Positions 26,007 through 35,151 of a DNA stretch of 64,000 nucleotides are shown one piece after another (within the stretch, counting starts at the first letter, position 1; each line of letters starts with the position of its first letter). The notes beneath the pieces were generated by a model, which was not told the origin of the DNA, did no database searches, and was given only the letters and a program-made list of their open reading frames with translations. The stretch is from an uncultured Anaerolineales bacterium (GTDB lineage: Bacteria; Chloroflexota; Anaerolineae; CAZYHC01): contig CAZYHC010000009.1 in NCBI GenBank assembly GCA_964646625.1, positions 48,958-112,957 of the forward strand, in the 5' to 3' direction. Position numbers and translations under genes: made by a program.

Positions 26007-27500
26007 ATGAAACGGTTGTTAGCTTTGCTGACAGTGATGGTCGTGCTCGTGCCCCTGCTGGTGACGCCAGCCACGGCCCAAGGCCCCTTTGAGGGCGTGA
26101 AATTAGTGGTCACCACCCAAACCGGCCCCTACATCGCCGGGCCTATGATCCAGCACGGGCCGGCGTGGACGGAGATGACGGGAGGAGAGGTGGAGGTCGT
26201 GGAGACACCCTACGGGGAGCTCTACGAGAAGATTATGACCTCCTTCATAACCGGGGCGGCTGCCTACGACATCATCGTAGTGTCCGCCACCTGGTTGCCG
26301 GACTTTACCCCCTATCTGATCACCCTCGACGATTACATCGCCAATCCGGAGACCGACCCGGCCTGGGAGGACATCATGCCCGCCTTCCGCGAGCAGATCG
26401 TATCTTGGGCTGGCAACGTCTATGCCCTGCCGTTCGATGGCGATACCCATTCCCTGTTCTATCGCCGCGACATCTTCGAGAACGAGGAGAACCAGGCCAA
26501 GTTCAAGGAGAAATATGGGTACGACCTCCAGGTGCCGGACACCTTCGACCAGCTTTGGGACGTGGCCGAGTTCTTCACCGGCTGGGACTGGAGCGGCGAC
26601 GGCCAGGATGATTTCGGTTGGGCGCAGCCCATGAGTCGTGGCACCCAGTCCCACTGGTGGTTCTGGAACTTCACCTCGGCCTTCAGCGTCCTGCCGGGCA
26701 AGCCGGATAAGTACCACGGCGTCCTCTACTTCGATCCTGAGACCATGGAGCCGCTTATCAACCAGGAGGGCTTCGTCAAAGGCTTGACCCTTTACCGGGA
26801 TATGGGCAAGTTCGGTCCTCCGGGCATGCTTGGCTGGGATGTCTCTCAGATCCGCGCCAGCGCCCCCGCCGGCAATATCGCCATGTGGATGGAGTGGGGC
26901 TCCTTCCCCGGCCTGTGCGAAGACCCCAAAGCGGCGGCCCCGGAGATGATCGGCAACTGCGGTACGACCATACGGCCCGGGGCTACGGAAGTCTGGGACC
27001 GCGAGGCGCAGTCCTGGGTGAAAATGGAGGAAGTTAACTACGTGCCTGTCCTCTGCTTCGGGGGCTGGGTGGCAGCCATTGCCCAGACCTGCGAGAATAA
27101 AGATGCGGCCTACGACTTCATCAAGTTCATGTCCAGCCCGGAGATCAGCATGAAGGATGTAACCGTCGCTGACTCCGGCTACAACGTCTATCGCTTCTCC
27201 CACGCCGAAAACATAGACGCCTGGGTGGAGGCTGGTTTTGGGGAGCAGGACGCCAGGGAGTACCTGGCCGCCGTCCAGGCCGATATGGAGAACCCCAACG
27301 TCATGACCGACCTGCGTATTCCTGGCAAGCCGGAGTACGTGGATACCGTGCTCGACCTGTACGTCTCCAAGGCCCTGGCCGGAGAGATGGAACCCAAAGA
27401 GGCCCTCGATACTATCTACGACGAATGGGAGAAAATCACCGAGCGGCTGGGCCGGGAAGAGCAGTTGAAGGCCTATCGCACCATGCTGGGCCTGGAATAG
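26007..27500 (+). CDS. ABC sugar transporter substrate-binding protein (CUT1)
   Basis: Signal peptide MKRLLALLTVMVVLVPLLVTPATAQG, family-1 SBP length, AAAGGAGG RBS. Confidence 0.85.
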   Translation: MKRLLALLTVMVVLVPLLVTPATAQGPFEGVKLVVTTQTGPYIAGPMIQHGPAWTEMTGGEVEVVETPYGELYEKIMTSFITGAAAYDIIVVSATWLPDFTPYLITLDDYIANPETDPAWEDIMPAFREQIVSWAGNVYALPFDGDTHSLFYRRDIFENEENQAKFKEKYGYDLQVPDTFDQLWDVAEFFTGWDWSGDGQDDFGWAQPMSRGTQSHWWFWNFTSAFSVLPGKPDKYHGVLYFDPETMEPLINQEGFVKGLTLYRDMGKFGPPGMLGWDVSQIRASAPAGNIAMWMEWGSFPGLCEDPKAAAPEMIGNCGTTIRPGATEVWDREAQSWVKMEEVNYVPVLCFGGWVAAIAQTCENKDAAYDFIKFMSSPEISMKDVTVADSGYNVYRFSHAENIDAWVEAGFGEQDAREYLAAVQADMENPNVMTDLRIPGKPEYVDTVLDLYVSKALAGEMEPKEALDTIYDEWEKITERLGREEQLKAYRTMLGLE

Positions 27501-27541
27501 AGACAAAGCCCGGCAACAAGGAAGCCTTAGTGTAACTCAGA

Positions 27542-27570
27542 CCCTCCAGGCCCCACGTGGGCCTGGAGGG
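27542..27570 (+). terminator. 12-bp stem-loop after the SBP gene (attenuating terminator or stabiliser)
   Basis: CCCTCCAGGCCC-cacgt-GGGCCTGGAGGG, followed by GCCTTATT (weak U-tract). Confidence 0.5.
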
Positions 27571-27619
27571 GCCTTATTGACGGTAAAGCACTTATAGTTC
27601 TGATACAAGGAGTTTCGTA

Positions 27620-28762
27620 ATGAACAGTAGAGAGAGAGTCCTGCTGGCCCTGGATCATACGGAGCCGGACCGGGTGCCTATTGACTTCGGTGGAATCGTT
27701 ACCTCCATGCATCACGAGGCCCACCGCCGGCTTCTGGAGTACCTGGGGATGCCCCCTTACGAGGCCCCCATCCAGGATATGTTCCAGCAGATTGTGTACC
27801 CGGCCCCGGCTCTCAAAGAGGTGTTCCACGCCGACGTGGAGAGCTTATTTGCCAACCCAGGCTCCGGCTGGGAGTTAGAGGTTGATCCGGTTACGGATAC
27901 TTACGTGGACGAATGGGGAGTTCTCTATCAGCGCCCCCACGGCGGGTATTGGTACGACCTGGCCGACCATCCCCTCAAGGAAGGGACTATCGAGGAGCTG
28001 GAGCAATTTCAGTTCCCGGATCCGCGGGATCCCAACCGGGTCAAGGGCCTGGCCGATAAAGCCAGGGACCTGTTGGAGACGGACAAAGCGGTTACGATTA
28101 ACAGCCCGACGGCCGGGGTTTTTGAACATTCGTACTGGTTGCGGGGTATCGAGCCCCTGTACCAAGATATGGCCTTTAACAAGAGGTACGTGGAGGCGCT
28201 GGCCGAGAGGGTGGTGGAGTGGCAGTTGGAATTCTGGGATTTTGTGCTGGATGCGGTAGGGCCTTACGTGCACGTCGTCAAGTTGGGCGACGACCTGGGA
28301 GGTCAGCATGGGCCTCTGTTCTCACCCGACCTGTATCGTGAAATCTATAAGCCCCGGCATCGGCGCTTAACCGACCTCATCCACCGCAAGACCGAGGCCC
28401 AGGTGTTCTTCCACACCTGCGGGGCCATTTACTGGGCCATGCCCGACATCATCGAGAGCGGGATGGACATCGTTAACCCCGTCCAGGTTTCGGCCAGGGA
28501 CATGGAGCCAGCCAGACTCAAACGGGAGTTCGGCCGCGACGTGGTCTTCTGGGGTGGCGGCGCAGACGCCACGAAAACGATGACCTTCGGCACGCCCGAA
28601 GACGTTAAACGGGAGGTCAAAAAGCACATCCACGATCTGGCGCCGGGCGGCGGCTTCGTCTTCGGCTCGATCCACAACATCCAGGCCGAGGTGCCGCCGG
28701 AGAACGTCGTCGCCCTCTTCGAAGCGGCCTACGAGTACGGCCAGTATCCCATCAGTGTTTAG
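27620..28762 (+). CDS. URO-D superfamily protein, MtaA/CmuA-like (not HemE)
   Basis: N-terminus RERVLLALDHTEPDRVPIDF and an HxC motif (FFHTCG). It lacks the HemE PxWxMRQAGR motif. Confidence 0.75.
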   Translation: MNSRERVLLALDHTEPDRVPIDFGGIVTSMHHEAHRRLLEYLGMPPYEAPIQDMFQQIVYPAPALKEVFHADVESLFANPGSGWELEVDPVTDTYVDEWGVLYQRPHGGYWYDLADHPLKEGTIEELEQFQFPDPRDPNRVKGLADKARDLLETDKAVTINSPTAGVFEHSYWLRGIEPLYQDMAFNKRYVEALAERVVEWQLEFWDFVLDAVGPYVHVVKLGDDLGGQHGPLFSPDLYREIYKPRHRRLTDLIHRKTEAQVFFHTCGAIYWAMPDIIESGMDIVNPVQVSARDMEPARLKREFGRDVVFWGGGADATKTMTFGTPEDVKREVKKHIHDLAPGGGFVFGSIHNIQAEVPPENVVALFEAAYEYGQYPISV

Positions 28763-28790
28763 CAGCAAGCAATTAGCAACCAGACTGCTC

Positions 28791-28869
28791 GCTCCCAGCC
28801 CCCGCCCTCGGAGGCGTCCCAGGCGTGAGTTGGAGGCCAAAACGCCCTCGGGGACGAGGGCTAAAAGCC
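28791..28869. repeat. REP-like composite element, family B
   Basis: Collinear with 31226-31304. It shares GCTCC.AGCCCCCG..C.CGG.GGCG and an identical 20-mer GCCCTCGGGGACGAGGGCTA (hairpin). Confidence 0.75.
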
Positions 28870-28886
28870 TTTGAGCTAGACCCCAG

Positions 28887-28918
28887 CGAACTCTGCGCCC
28901 TCTGCGGTAAGAAAAAAA
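28887..28918. repeat. REP-like element, family A (partial copy)
   Basis: CGAACTCTGCGCCCTCTGCGGTAAGAAAAA aligns to 14094-14124 (TGAACTATGTGTTCTCTGTGGCTAAGAAA). Confidence 0.55.
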
Positions 28919-28966
28919 TTGATAGATGAGAGAAGCTACCAGAAAATTGGGCAGGAGGATATAGTG

Positions 28967-29983
28967 ATGAGATATCGCTTTATGGGAAGAACCGGGCTGA
29001 AGGTTTCGGAGCTTTGTCTGGGCACCCAGACTTTCGGCTGGGGCGCCGACCAGGCCGCCGCTCATGCTATGGCCGACCGTTTTGTGGAAGCCGGGGGCAA
29101 CTTTTTCGACACCTCCAACATTTATAACAGGGGCCAGTCCGAGACCATGCTCGGCAACTGGCTCAAGGGCCGGGGCCACCGTTCTCAGTTCGTGATTGCC
29201 ACCAAGGTCTTCTTCCCCACCGGCGGAGGGCCCAACGACACCGGCCTGTCGCGAAAACACATCTTTGACCAGATCGAGGCCAGCCTCCGCCGTTTGCAGA
29301 CCGACTACGTAGACCTGTATCAGACCCATTGTTGGGACGCCTCCACGCCATTGGAGGAAACGTTGCGGACCTTGGACGACCTGGTGCGGGCCGGGAAGGT
29401 ACGGTACATCGGGGCCTCGAACTACGTCCCTTCCCACCTGACCCGGGCGATCATGCTCAGCGAGATGCACGGCTGGGCCCGCTTCGACTGCTTGCAGGCG
29501 GAGTACAGCCTGTTGGTGCGCAGCACGGAGTGGGAACTGTTGCCCCTCTGTCGCTCCCAGGGAATAGGAGTGATCTGCTGGTCGCCCCTGGCAGGAGGCT
29601 GGCTGACGGGCAAGTATCGGCGCAGCCAGCCCCCTCCACCTGACAGCCGCGTGGGCCGGGCAGACCGCTGGGATGACCTGCCAGAACAGCGAGAAAGTGA
29701 GCGCACCTGGCAGATAATAGACACCTTGATTGAGATCGGCGAGGGGCGGGGCAAAACCCCGGCGCAGGTGGCCCTTAACTGGCTGCTCCAGCAGCCCGGC
29801 GTCACCGCCCCCATCTTCGGGGCCCGCACCCTGGCACAACTGGAACAGAATCTAGGCAGCGCGGGCTGGGCGCTCTCCGCGGAAGAGATAGCCAGGCTCA
29901 ATGCTGCCAGCGAAATCCCGCTCCCTTCCCCCTACAACTTCGTCGCCAGATACACGCGGACGCGGGATGGAGATCGAGATTGA
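28967..29983 (+). CDS. Aldo/keto reductase
   Basis: MRYRFMGRTGLKVSELCLGT start, DTSNIYNRGQSE, YVDLYQTH, IRYIGASN motifs. ATG 28967 follows a GGCAGGAGGA RBS. Confidence 0.9.
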   Translation: MRYRFMGRTGLKVSELCLGTQTFGWGADQAAAHAMADRFVEAGGNFFDTSNIYNRGQSETMLGNWLKGRGHRSQFVIATKVFFPTGGGPNDTGLSRKHIFDQIEASLRRLQTDYVDLYQTHCWDASTPLEETLRTLDDLVRAGKVRYIGASNYVPSHLTRAIMLSEMHGWARFDCLQAEYSLLVRSTEWELLPLCRSQGIGVICWSPLAGGWLTGKYRRSQPPPPDSRVGRADRWDDLPEQRESERTWQIIDTLIEIGEGRGKTPAQVALNWLLQQPGVTAPIFGARTLAQLEQNLGSAGWALSAEEIARLNAASEIPLPSPYNFVARYTRTRDGDRD

Positions 29984-30020
29984 GCGGACAAAGATTCGTG
30001 TTGGAAGAAAGGAGGACGAG

Positions 30021-31058
30021 ATGTCTAAGAAGATAGTGACCTTTGGGGAGGTCATGATGCGGCTCTCCCCGCCGGGATTCTTGCGGTTCGGGCAGGCCCG
30101 CTCGTTTGACGTGATCTACGGGGGCGGGGAGGCGAACGTGGCCGTCTCGCTGGCTAACTATGGCCTGGCGGTCGATTACGTCACCCGCCTGCCCGATAAC
30201 GATCTGGGCGATGCCTGCCTCATGTTCCTGCGCCAGTCTGGGGTGGGCGTGGACAAAATTGTGCGCGGCGGCGAGCGGCTGGGCATCTATTTCCTGGAGA
30301 CGGGCGCTGTGCAGCGGGGCAGCAAGGTCATCTACGACCGGGCCAATTCGGCGCTGGCGACCATCGAGCCGGGCATGGTGGATTGGGGGGCGGCCTTCGC
30401 CGACGCCGATTGGTTTCACTGGACGGGCATCACCCCGGCCATCTCGGAGGGAGCCGCAGCCGTGTGCCTGGAAGCCGTGCGGACGGCGAGCGAGATGGGC
30501 CTTACCATCTCCTGTGACCTCAATTACCGCAGCAAGCTGTGGAAATGGGGCAAGACGCCAGGCGAGGTGATGGCCGAACTGGTGCAATATTGTGAAGTGG
30601 CCATCGGCAACGAGGAGGACGCCGACAAGATGTTCGGCATCGTGGCGCCAGAAACCGACGTGACCGCCGGGGTGGTGGAAGCCGACAAGTATCGCTTCGT
30701 CTGCGCGGAGCTGGCCAGGCGGTTTGCCAATTTGAAGACCATTGCCATCACTCTGCGCGGCTCGATTTCGGCCAGTCACAACACCTGGTCGGGGGTGCTG
30801 TGGGATGAGGGAGAGTTCTACGTTGGGGCGCGCTATGACGTCACCCACATCGTGGATCGGGTGGGGGGCGGAGATGCGTTCATGGGGGGGCTGATCTACG
30901 GCCTACGCACTTACGGAGGTGATCGGCAGCGGGCGTTGGATTTTGCGGTGGCGGCTTCCTGCCTGAAGCACTCAGTCTTTGGGGACTTCAACATGGTGAC
31001 CGTGGCCGAGGTGGAGAAGCTGATGGGCGGCGACGTTTCCGGGCGTGTCTCACGCTGA
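30021..31058 (+). CDS. kdgK: 2-dehydro-3-deoxygluconokinase (PfkB family)
   Basis: KIVTFGEVMMRLSPPG, GGGEANVAVSLA, DLNYRSKLW, VDRVGGGDAFMGGLIYGL motifs. ATG 30021 follows an AAAGGAGG RBS. Confidence 0.85.
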   Translation: MSKKIVTFGEVMMRLSPPGFLRFGQARSFDVIYGGGEANVAVSLANYGLAVDYVTRLPDNDLGDACLMFLRQSGVGVDKIVRGGERLGIYFLETGAVQRGSKVIYDRANSALATIEPGMVDWGAAFADADWFHWTGITPAISEGAAAVCLEAVRTASEMGLTISCDLNYRSKLWKWGKTPGEVMAELVQYCEVAIGNEEDADKMFGIVAPETDVTAGVVEADKYRFVCAELARRFANLKTIAITLRGSISASHNTWSGVLWDEGEFYVGARYDVTHIVDRVGGGDAFMGGLIYGLRTYGGDRQRALDFAVAASCLKHSVFGDFNMVTVAEVEKLMGGDVSGRVSR

Positions 31059-31086
31059 ACTGACTCTACCCGGCGCCTTTACCTGC

Positions 31087-31128
31087 AAATGTGGGGCAGA
31101 CCCATCTCCAGGGTCTGTCCCACATTTT
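31087..31128 (+). terminator. Strong intrinsic terminator after kdgK
   Basis: 17-bp stem AAATGTGGGGCAGACCC / GGGTCTGTCCCACATTT (one G-U), a 7-nt loop, then TTTT. Confidence 0.8.
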
Positions 31129-31225
31129 GGGAAATAAGGGGCCGGGCCCCTACCAAAAGTCCGGGATGCACCGGCTCCAGGGTCTGTCCAGGATTTTAGG
31201 CAGGAGAGCGAGTTGCTTCAGAAAA

Positions 31226-31304
31226 GCTCCAAGCCCCCGTCTCGGGGGCGACTCAGGGGCGCGGCAGCTTGTTTGGGCCGCCCTCGGGGACGAGGGCTAT
31301 GAGC
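31226..31304. repeat. REP-like composite element, family B
   Basis: See 28791-28869. Confidence 0.75.
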
Positions 31305-31345
31305 AGTCGCCAAAATTTCTGGATGCGCACCGGCTCAAGATTGGC

Positions 31346-31374
31346 TTGACAAGGTGGTGATTTGACAGTATACT
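31346..31374 (+). promoter_or_regulatory. Sigma-70 promoter of the glycosylation cluster
   Basis: TTGACA (31346-31351), a 17-nt spacer, then TATACT (31369-31374). Confidence 0.6.
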
Positions 31375-31487
31375 CAATATAAGTTATATGATAAATCTTG
31401 TTGTCAAGCACAATGCCTGAAGGGAGAGCTACGTGGCTGTTGCGGTTCCTTGTTATTAGGAGAAGCTGATCCTTCGAGGGGAGCTAC

Positions 31488-33224
31488 ATGCTAAAGACTG
31501 GCCGCACCTTAGAAAATCTGTCGCATTTGGAACGTGCTTTGAGACAACAGGTGAAGAGCGCGTCGATTTTTTGGCTTGCTTTCGCAGGATTATTTGTCTA
31601 TGCCCTGACTCTTATAGCAATAACCGGCGACATCGGGTTTCAGGGAGACGATTGGCACGTGTTCAGCGTGCCGTACTGGCACAGCTTTCCGGGCTCTGTC
31701 TGGGTCTTCGCGCGGGAATTAGGGCGCCCTCTTGAGGGGCTCTATTGGATCACGCTGTTCGAAATCTTTGGGTTCAGCAAGATATTTTTTCATCTGTTCT
31801 CCTTGTTGCTCCTGGCGGGGGCCTGTCTGCTGATGGGGGCCTGCCTGGCGAGCGCGTTTGCAGGTAAGCACACCTTTGTTGCCTCCAGCATGTTGTTTGC
31901 ATTTTTCCTGCCCACGGTATCTTCCCTTACCTACGTGATGCACACGGATAACTCCCGGCTTTGCCTGCTTTTCTTCTGGGGCTCTGTGTTGGCTTTTCAG
32001 CGTTGGGCGGCACGCTCGCAGTCGTGGGTGGGGTTGGGGCTGCCCGTTTTACTGTACTATCTGGCTATCCTGACCTACGACGCTGCTATCTTGCTGATCT
32101 TTGTCGTCCCCTTCTTCGTCTGGCCGGTGCGGCTTCGTCGTCGTGACCGGCTATCTGATGGCACTTTACTCTTCCGCCTCACGGCCGGAATCCTGGCCGG
32201 GCTCGTGCTGTTTGCCCTGGCCTGGGTCTTCGTGTTCCGCGGCGGGGCGGTGGGACTTCGTTATTTGGTTCCCCCATTAGGCCTGGCGTGGTCTTATCTC
32301 GCTACCCTTCCGCTCTACGTGCTGGCTCCGTTTGCCGCCGTTTCCCTGGATGCGTGGACCTGGGCAGTGGGCCTTCTGGTTATGCTGTTTGTGGCGGCCC
32401 TGCTTTTCCGGGCCGATGGTCACCCCGGGCGGGACGTGCAGGACGAGGACGGCGGGCGGGAGCAGGGTCTCTGGTATGTGGCCCTCCTGGGAGGGGGTGT
32501 TCTGGGCCTGGGGATGTTGCCTTACCTCTTTGCGGGGTATGGGGCTGGTCTTGGCTTCTATGCTCACAGCCGCATCTACTCGGCGGGCAGTTTCGGCCTG
32601 GCAATGCTGCTGGGTCTTCTCACGACGGCCTGGAAAAACAGGTGGCTTCTGCTGGGGGCGAAGCTTGTGGCAGTCATTGCTATTGGTCTCATGGCGATGT
32701 TTCAGATGGATCTGCGCAAGGACTGGCAAGAGTCTGCCAGGATGAACTGCGAGCTTTGGACCAGTTTCATCGAGCAGGCCCCAGACGTGACTCCGGGCAC
32801 GACGTTCCTGTTTCTGGACTTGCAGTCATACATCGGGAATCGCGCCGTGGTGTTTGGGGGGACTAGCGGGCTGCGTGAGTACATTCGTATTTTATATGAT
32901 CGGAGAGACCTTAACGCTTACTACCTGTACCTCTACAGCGACGAGTTCGTTGATTCCGAGGGACGGCTGGCTACGGCGTCCTCAGCGGGGGTTGTGGCCA
33001 GAGGAAGCCCTCGTGAGCGCCCCATTCCTCTCGACAGCCTGCTGATTTTCCAACGCCAGGGAGCGCAGCTCGTCCTGTTGGATAGCATCTCGGCTGGTGA
33101 CCGATTGGCGGCTATCCGGTGGGAGGACGTTTCAGTTATACATTCTAATCCAGAGCTGATTCTACCCGCGTCGGAGGCCGCGACGCGCTGGCAGGAGGTC
33201 TGTTGCACATGGCGTGGTCGCTGA
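31488..33224 (+). CDS. Polytopic membrane protein, GT-C-like glycosyltransferase candidate (ArnT/PMT-like)
   Basis: About 13 hydrophobic segments, the acidic motif GDDW in the first predicted loop, and a C-terminal soluble domain of about 150 aa. Confidence 0.5.
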   Translation: MLKTGRTLENLSHLERALRQQVKSASIFWLAFAGLFVYALTLIAITGDIGFQGDDWHVFSVPYWHSFPGSVWVFARELGRPLEGLYWITLFEIFGFSKIFFHLFSLLLLAGACLLMGACLASAFAGKHTFVASSMLFAFFLPTVSSLTYVMHTDNSRLCLLFFWGSVLAFQRWAARSQSWVGLGLPVLLYYLAILTYDAAILLIFVVPFFVWPVRLRRRDRLSDGTLLFRLTAGILAGLVLFALAWVFVFRGGAVGLRYLVPPLGLAWSYLATLPLYVLAPFAAVSLDAWTWAVGLLVMLFVAALLFRADGHPGRDVQDEDGGREQGLWYVALLGGGVLGLGMLPYLFAGYGAGLGFYAHSRIYSAGSFGLAMLLGLLTTAWKNRWLLLGAKLVAVIAIGLMAMFQMDLRKDWQESARMNCELWTSFIEQAPDVTPGTTFLFLDLQSYIGNRAVVFGGTSGLREYIRILYDRRDLNAYYLYLYSDEFVDSEGRLATASSAGVVARGSPRERPIPLDSLLIFQRQGAQLVLLDSISAGDRLAAIRWEDVSVIHSNPELILPASEAATRWQEVCCTWRGR

Positions 33225-33303
33225 GGCCAGATATCGGAGTTCGCGGTAAGCCTTTGGCGCTGTTTGCTATCCTGGCGCTCAACAATTCTGGATGGAGGGA
33301 AAA

Positions 33304-34416
33304 ATGATCCCTGTTTGTGAACCTGTCCTGGATGGTAACGAGATGAAGTACGCGATGGACTGCCTGGAGACGAATTGGATCTCGTCGTTAGGCAGGTACA
33401 TCACGCTCTTCGAGGAGAAATTCAGCCAGTACTGCGGCGTCCCTTACGGGGTGGCTTGCAGCAATTGCACTACTGGACTGCACATGTCCATGGTGGCCCT
33501 GGGTATTGGCCCTGGAGATGAGGTGATCATTCCCGACTTCACCCTGGTCGTCTCGGCCAATACGGTCATCCAGACAGGTGCCCGGCCCGTGCTGGTGGAC
33601 GCAGACCCACGCACCTGGTGTATCGATCCGGATTTGATCGAGGCCAAGATCACGCCCCGTACCAGGGCCATTATGGCGGTGCACATGTATGGTCATCCCT
33701 GCGATATGTCAGCCATCCTGGACATCGCGGAACGGCACGACCTCTTCGTTATCGAGGATTGCGCCGAAGCCCACGGCGCCGAGGTCAACGGCCAGAAGGT
33801 GGGCAGCTTCGGGGACGTAGCTTGCTTCAGCTTCTATGGCAACAAGATCCTCACCACCGGCGAAGGGGGCATGGTATTGTGTGGCGATGAGAAGCTGGCT
33901 GCACGTCTGCGTCTGCTGCGCGATCAGGGGTTCCAGGACCCGCGCTTTGTGCACCAGGTGATGGGCTTCAACTATCGTATGACCAACATTCAGGCCGCCA
34001 TCGGGTTGGCTCAAACCGAGCGGGTGGCCGAAAAGGTGGCGCGTAAACGCTGGATCGGCCAGACTTACAACGAGCTGCTGGCCGGGCAAGCGGAGCTGAC
34101 TCTGCCCTGCGAAGAGCCCTGGGCCAAGAATGTGTACTGGATGTACGGCGTTCTGATAGGCGCGGGCTTTGGGGCGAGCAAGGAGGAGCTGATGCACCAG
34201 CTTAAGGTCAAAGGCGTGGATACGCGCTCCTTCTTCTGCCCGATGCACCTGCAACCGGTGTATCAGAGGGCGGGTCCCCGCTTTCCCGACCCTGCGGGCG
34301 ATTATCCCGTCTCGACTGACCTCTGGGAGCGCGGCCTTTATCTTCCCTCGGGTCTGGGGCTGACGCGAGCGCAGATCGAGGAAGTGGTCGAGAAGCTGCT
34401 GGAATGTCGAGCCTGA
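33304..34416 (+). CDS. DegT/DnrJ/EryC1/StrS family sugar aminotransferase
   Basis: MIPVCEPVLDGNE start, FSFYGNKILTTGEGGMV (PLP lysine context). GGAGGG lies 5 nt before ATG 33304. Confidence 0.9.
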   Translation: MIPVCEPVLDGNEMKYAMDCLETNWISSLGRYITLFEEKFSQYCGVPYGVACSNCTTGLHMSMVALGIGPGDEVIIPDFTLVVSANTVIQTGARPVLVDADPRTWCIDPDLIEAKITPRTRAIMAVHMYGHPCDMSAILDIAERHDLFVIEDCAEAHGAEVNGQKVGSFGDVACFSFYGNKILTTGEGGMVLCGDEKLAARLRLLRDQGFQDPRFVHQVMGFNYRMTNIQAAIGLAQTERVAEKVARKRWIGQTYNELLAGQAELTLPCEEPWAKNVYWMYGVLIGAGFGASKEELMHQLKVKGVDTRSFFCPMHLQPVYQRAGPRFPDPAGDYPVSTDLWERGLYLPSGLGLTRAQIEEVVEKLLECRA

Positions 34417-34437
34417 TCAGGCCCAGGAGGTGAGGTC

Positions 34438-35151
34438 ATGTACCAGGATCCACGAGTCTCGATCGTGCTGGCCACCTACAACGAGCGCGAGAACATCCTC
34501 GACACTATCCAGGGTATCTTTGAGCACGTCAAAGACCCCGTCGAGGTGATCGTGGTGGATGACGACTCGCCCGACGGCACCTGGCACGTGGCCGGCAGCC
34601 TCGGCGATCCGCGGGTCAAAGTCATCCGGCGAGTGGCTACCCGGGGGCTGGCCTCGGCCTTCAATCGGGGCATTATAGAATCACGCGGCGAGATCGTGGG
34701 CTGGATGGACGCGGACATGTGTATGCCGCCTGCCATGCTGCCGGACATGATCGAGAAGCTGAAGGAATACGACATCGTGATCGGCTCCAGATACGTCGAG
34801 GGGGCGCAGGATGACCGCGCTAAGCTGCGCGTGACCGCAAGCCGGCTTATCAATCGGCTGGCCGGGCTGGTGCTTGGCTACGGTATCAGGGACTACGATA
34901 GCGGCTTCGTGGTGCTTCGCCGCACGGTGTTCGATAAAGTATCGATCATTCCCACCGGCTACGGGGCCTACTTCATAGAGTTTCTTTACACCTGTCGCAA
35001 GAAAGGCTTGACGGTCTACGAGATGCCTTACGTGTTCCGCGACCGAGCCAAGGGGGTATCCAAGTCGGCCCCCAGCCTGTTCAAGTTTTTCAAGACTGGC
35101 CTGGAATATGTGCTCCGGATCTTCGTGGCCCGTCTGCGGAGGGTTGACTGA
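34438..35151 (+). CDS. GT2 polyprenyl-phosphate sugar synthase-like glycosyltransferase (Dpm1/ArnC-like)
   Basis: VSIVLATYNEREN, VIVVDDDSPDGT and MDADMCMPP motifs. Confidence 0.85.
   Translation: MYQDPRVSIVLATYNERENILDTIQGIFEHVKDPVEVIVVDDDSPDGTWHVAGSLGDPRVKVIRRVATRGLASAFNRGIIESRGEIVGWMDADMCMPPAMLPDMIEKLKEYDIVIGSRYVEGAQDDRAKLRVTASRLINRLAGLVLGYGIRDYDSGFVVLRRTVFDKVSIIPTGYGAYFIEFLYTCRKKGLTVYEMPYVFRDRAKGVSKSAPSLFKFFKTGLEYVLRIFVARLRRVD

Noticed and set aside
1746-31304. Possibility that the dispersed repeats form a CRISPR array.
   Set aside because: Copies are kilobases apart, in both orientations, of variable length and without regular spacers. No cas genes were seen. They behave like REP or MITE-like elements.
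31091-31360. 89-aa ORF in the kdgK/GT-C spacer, and similar small ORFs such as 14064..14492 and 1647..1853.
   Set aside because: They are composed of terminator and REP modules and have no RBS. Their peptide similarity to each other simply reflects the DNA repeats.
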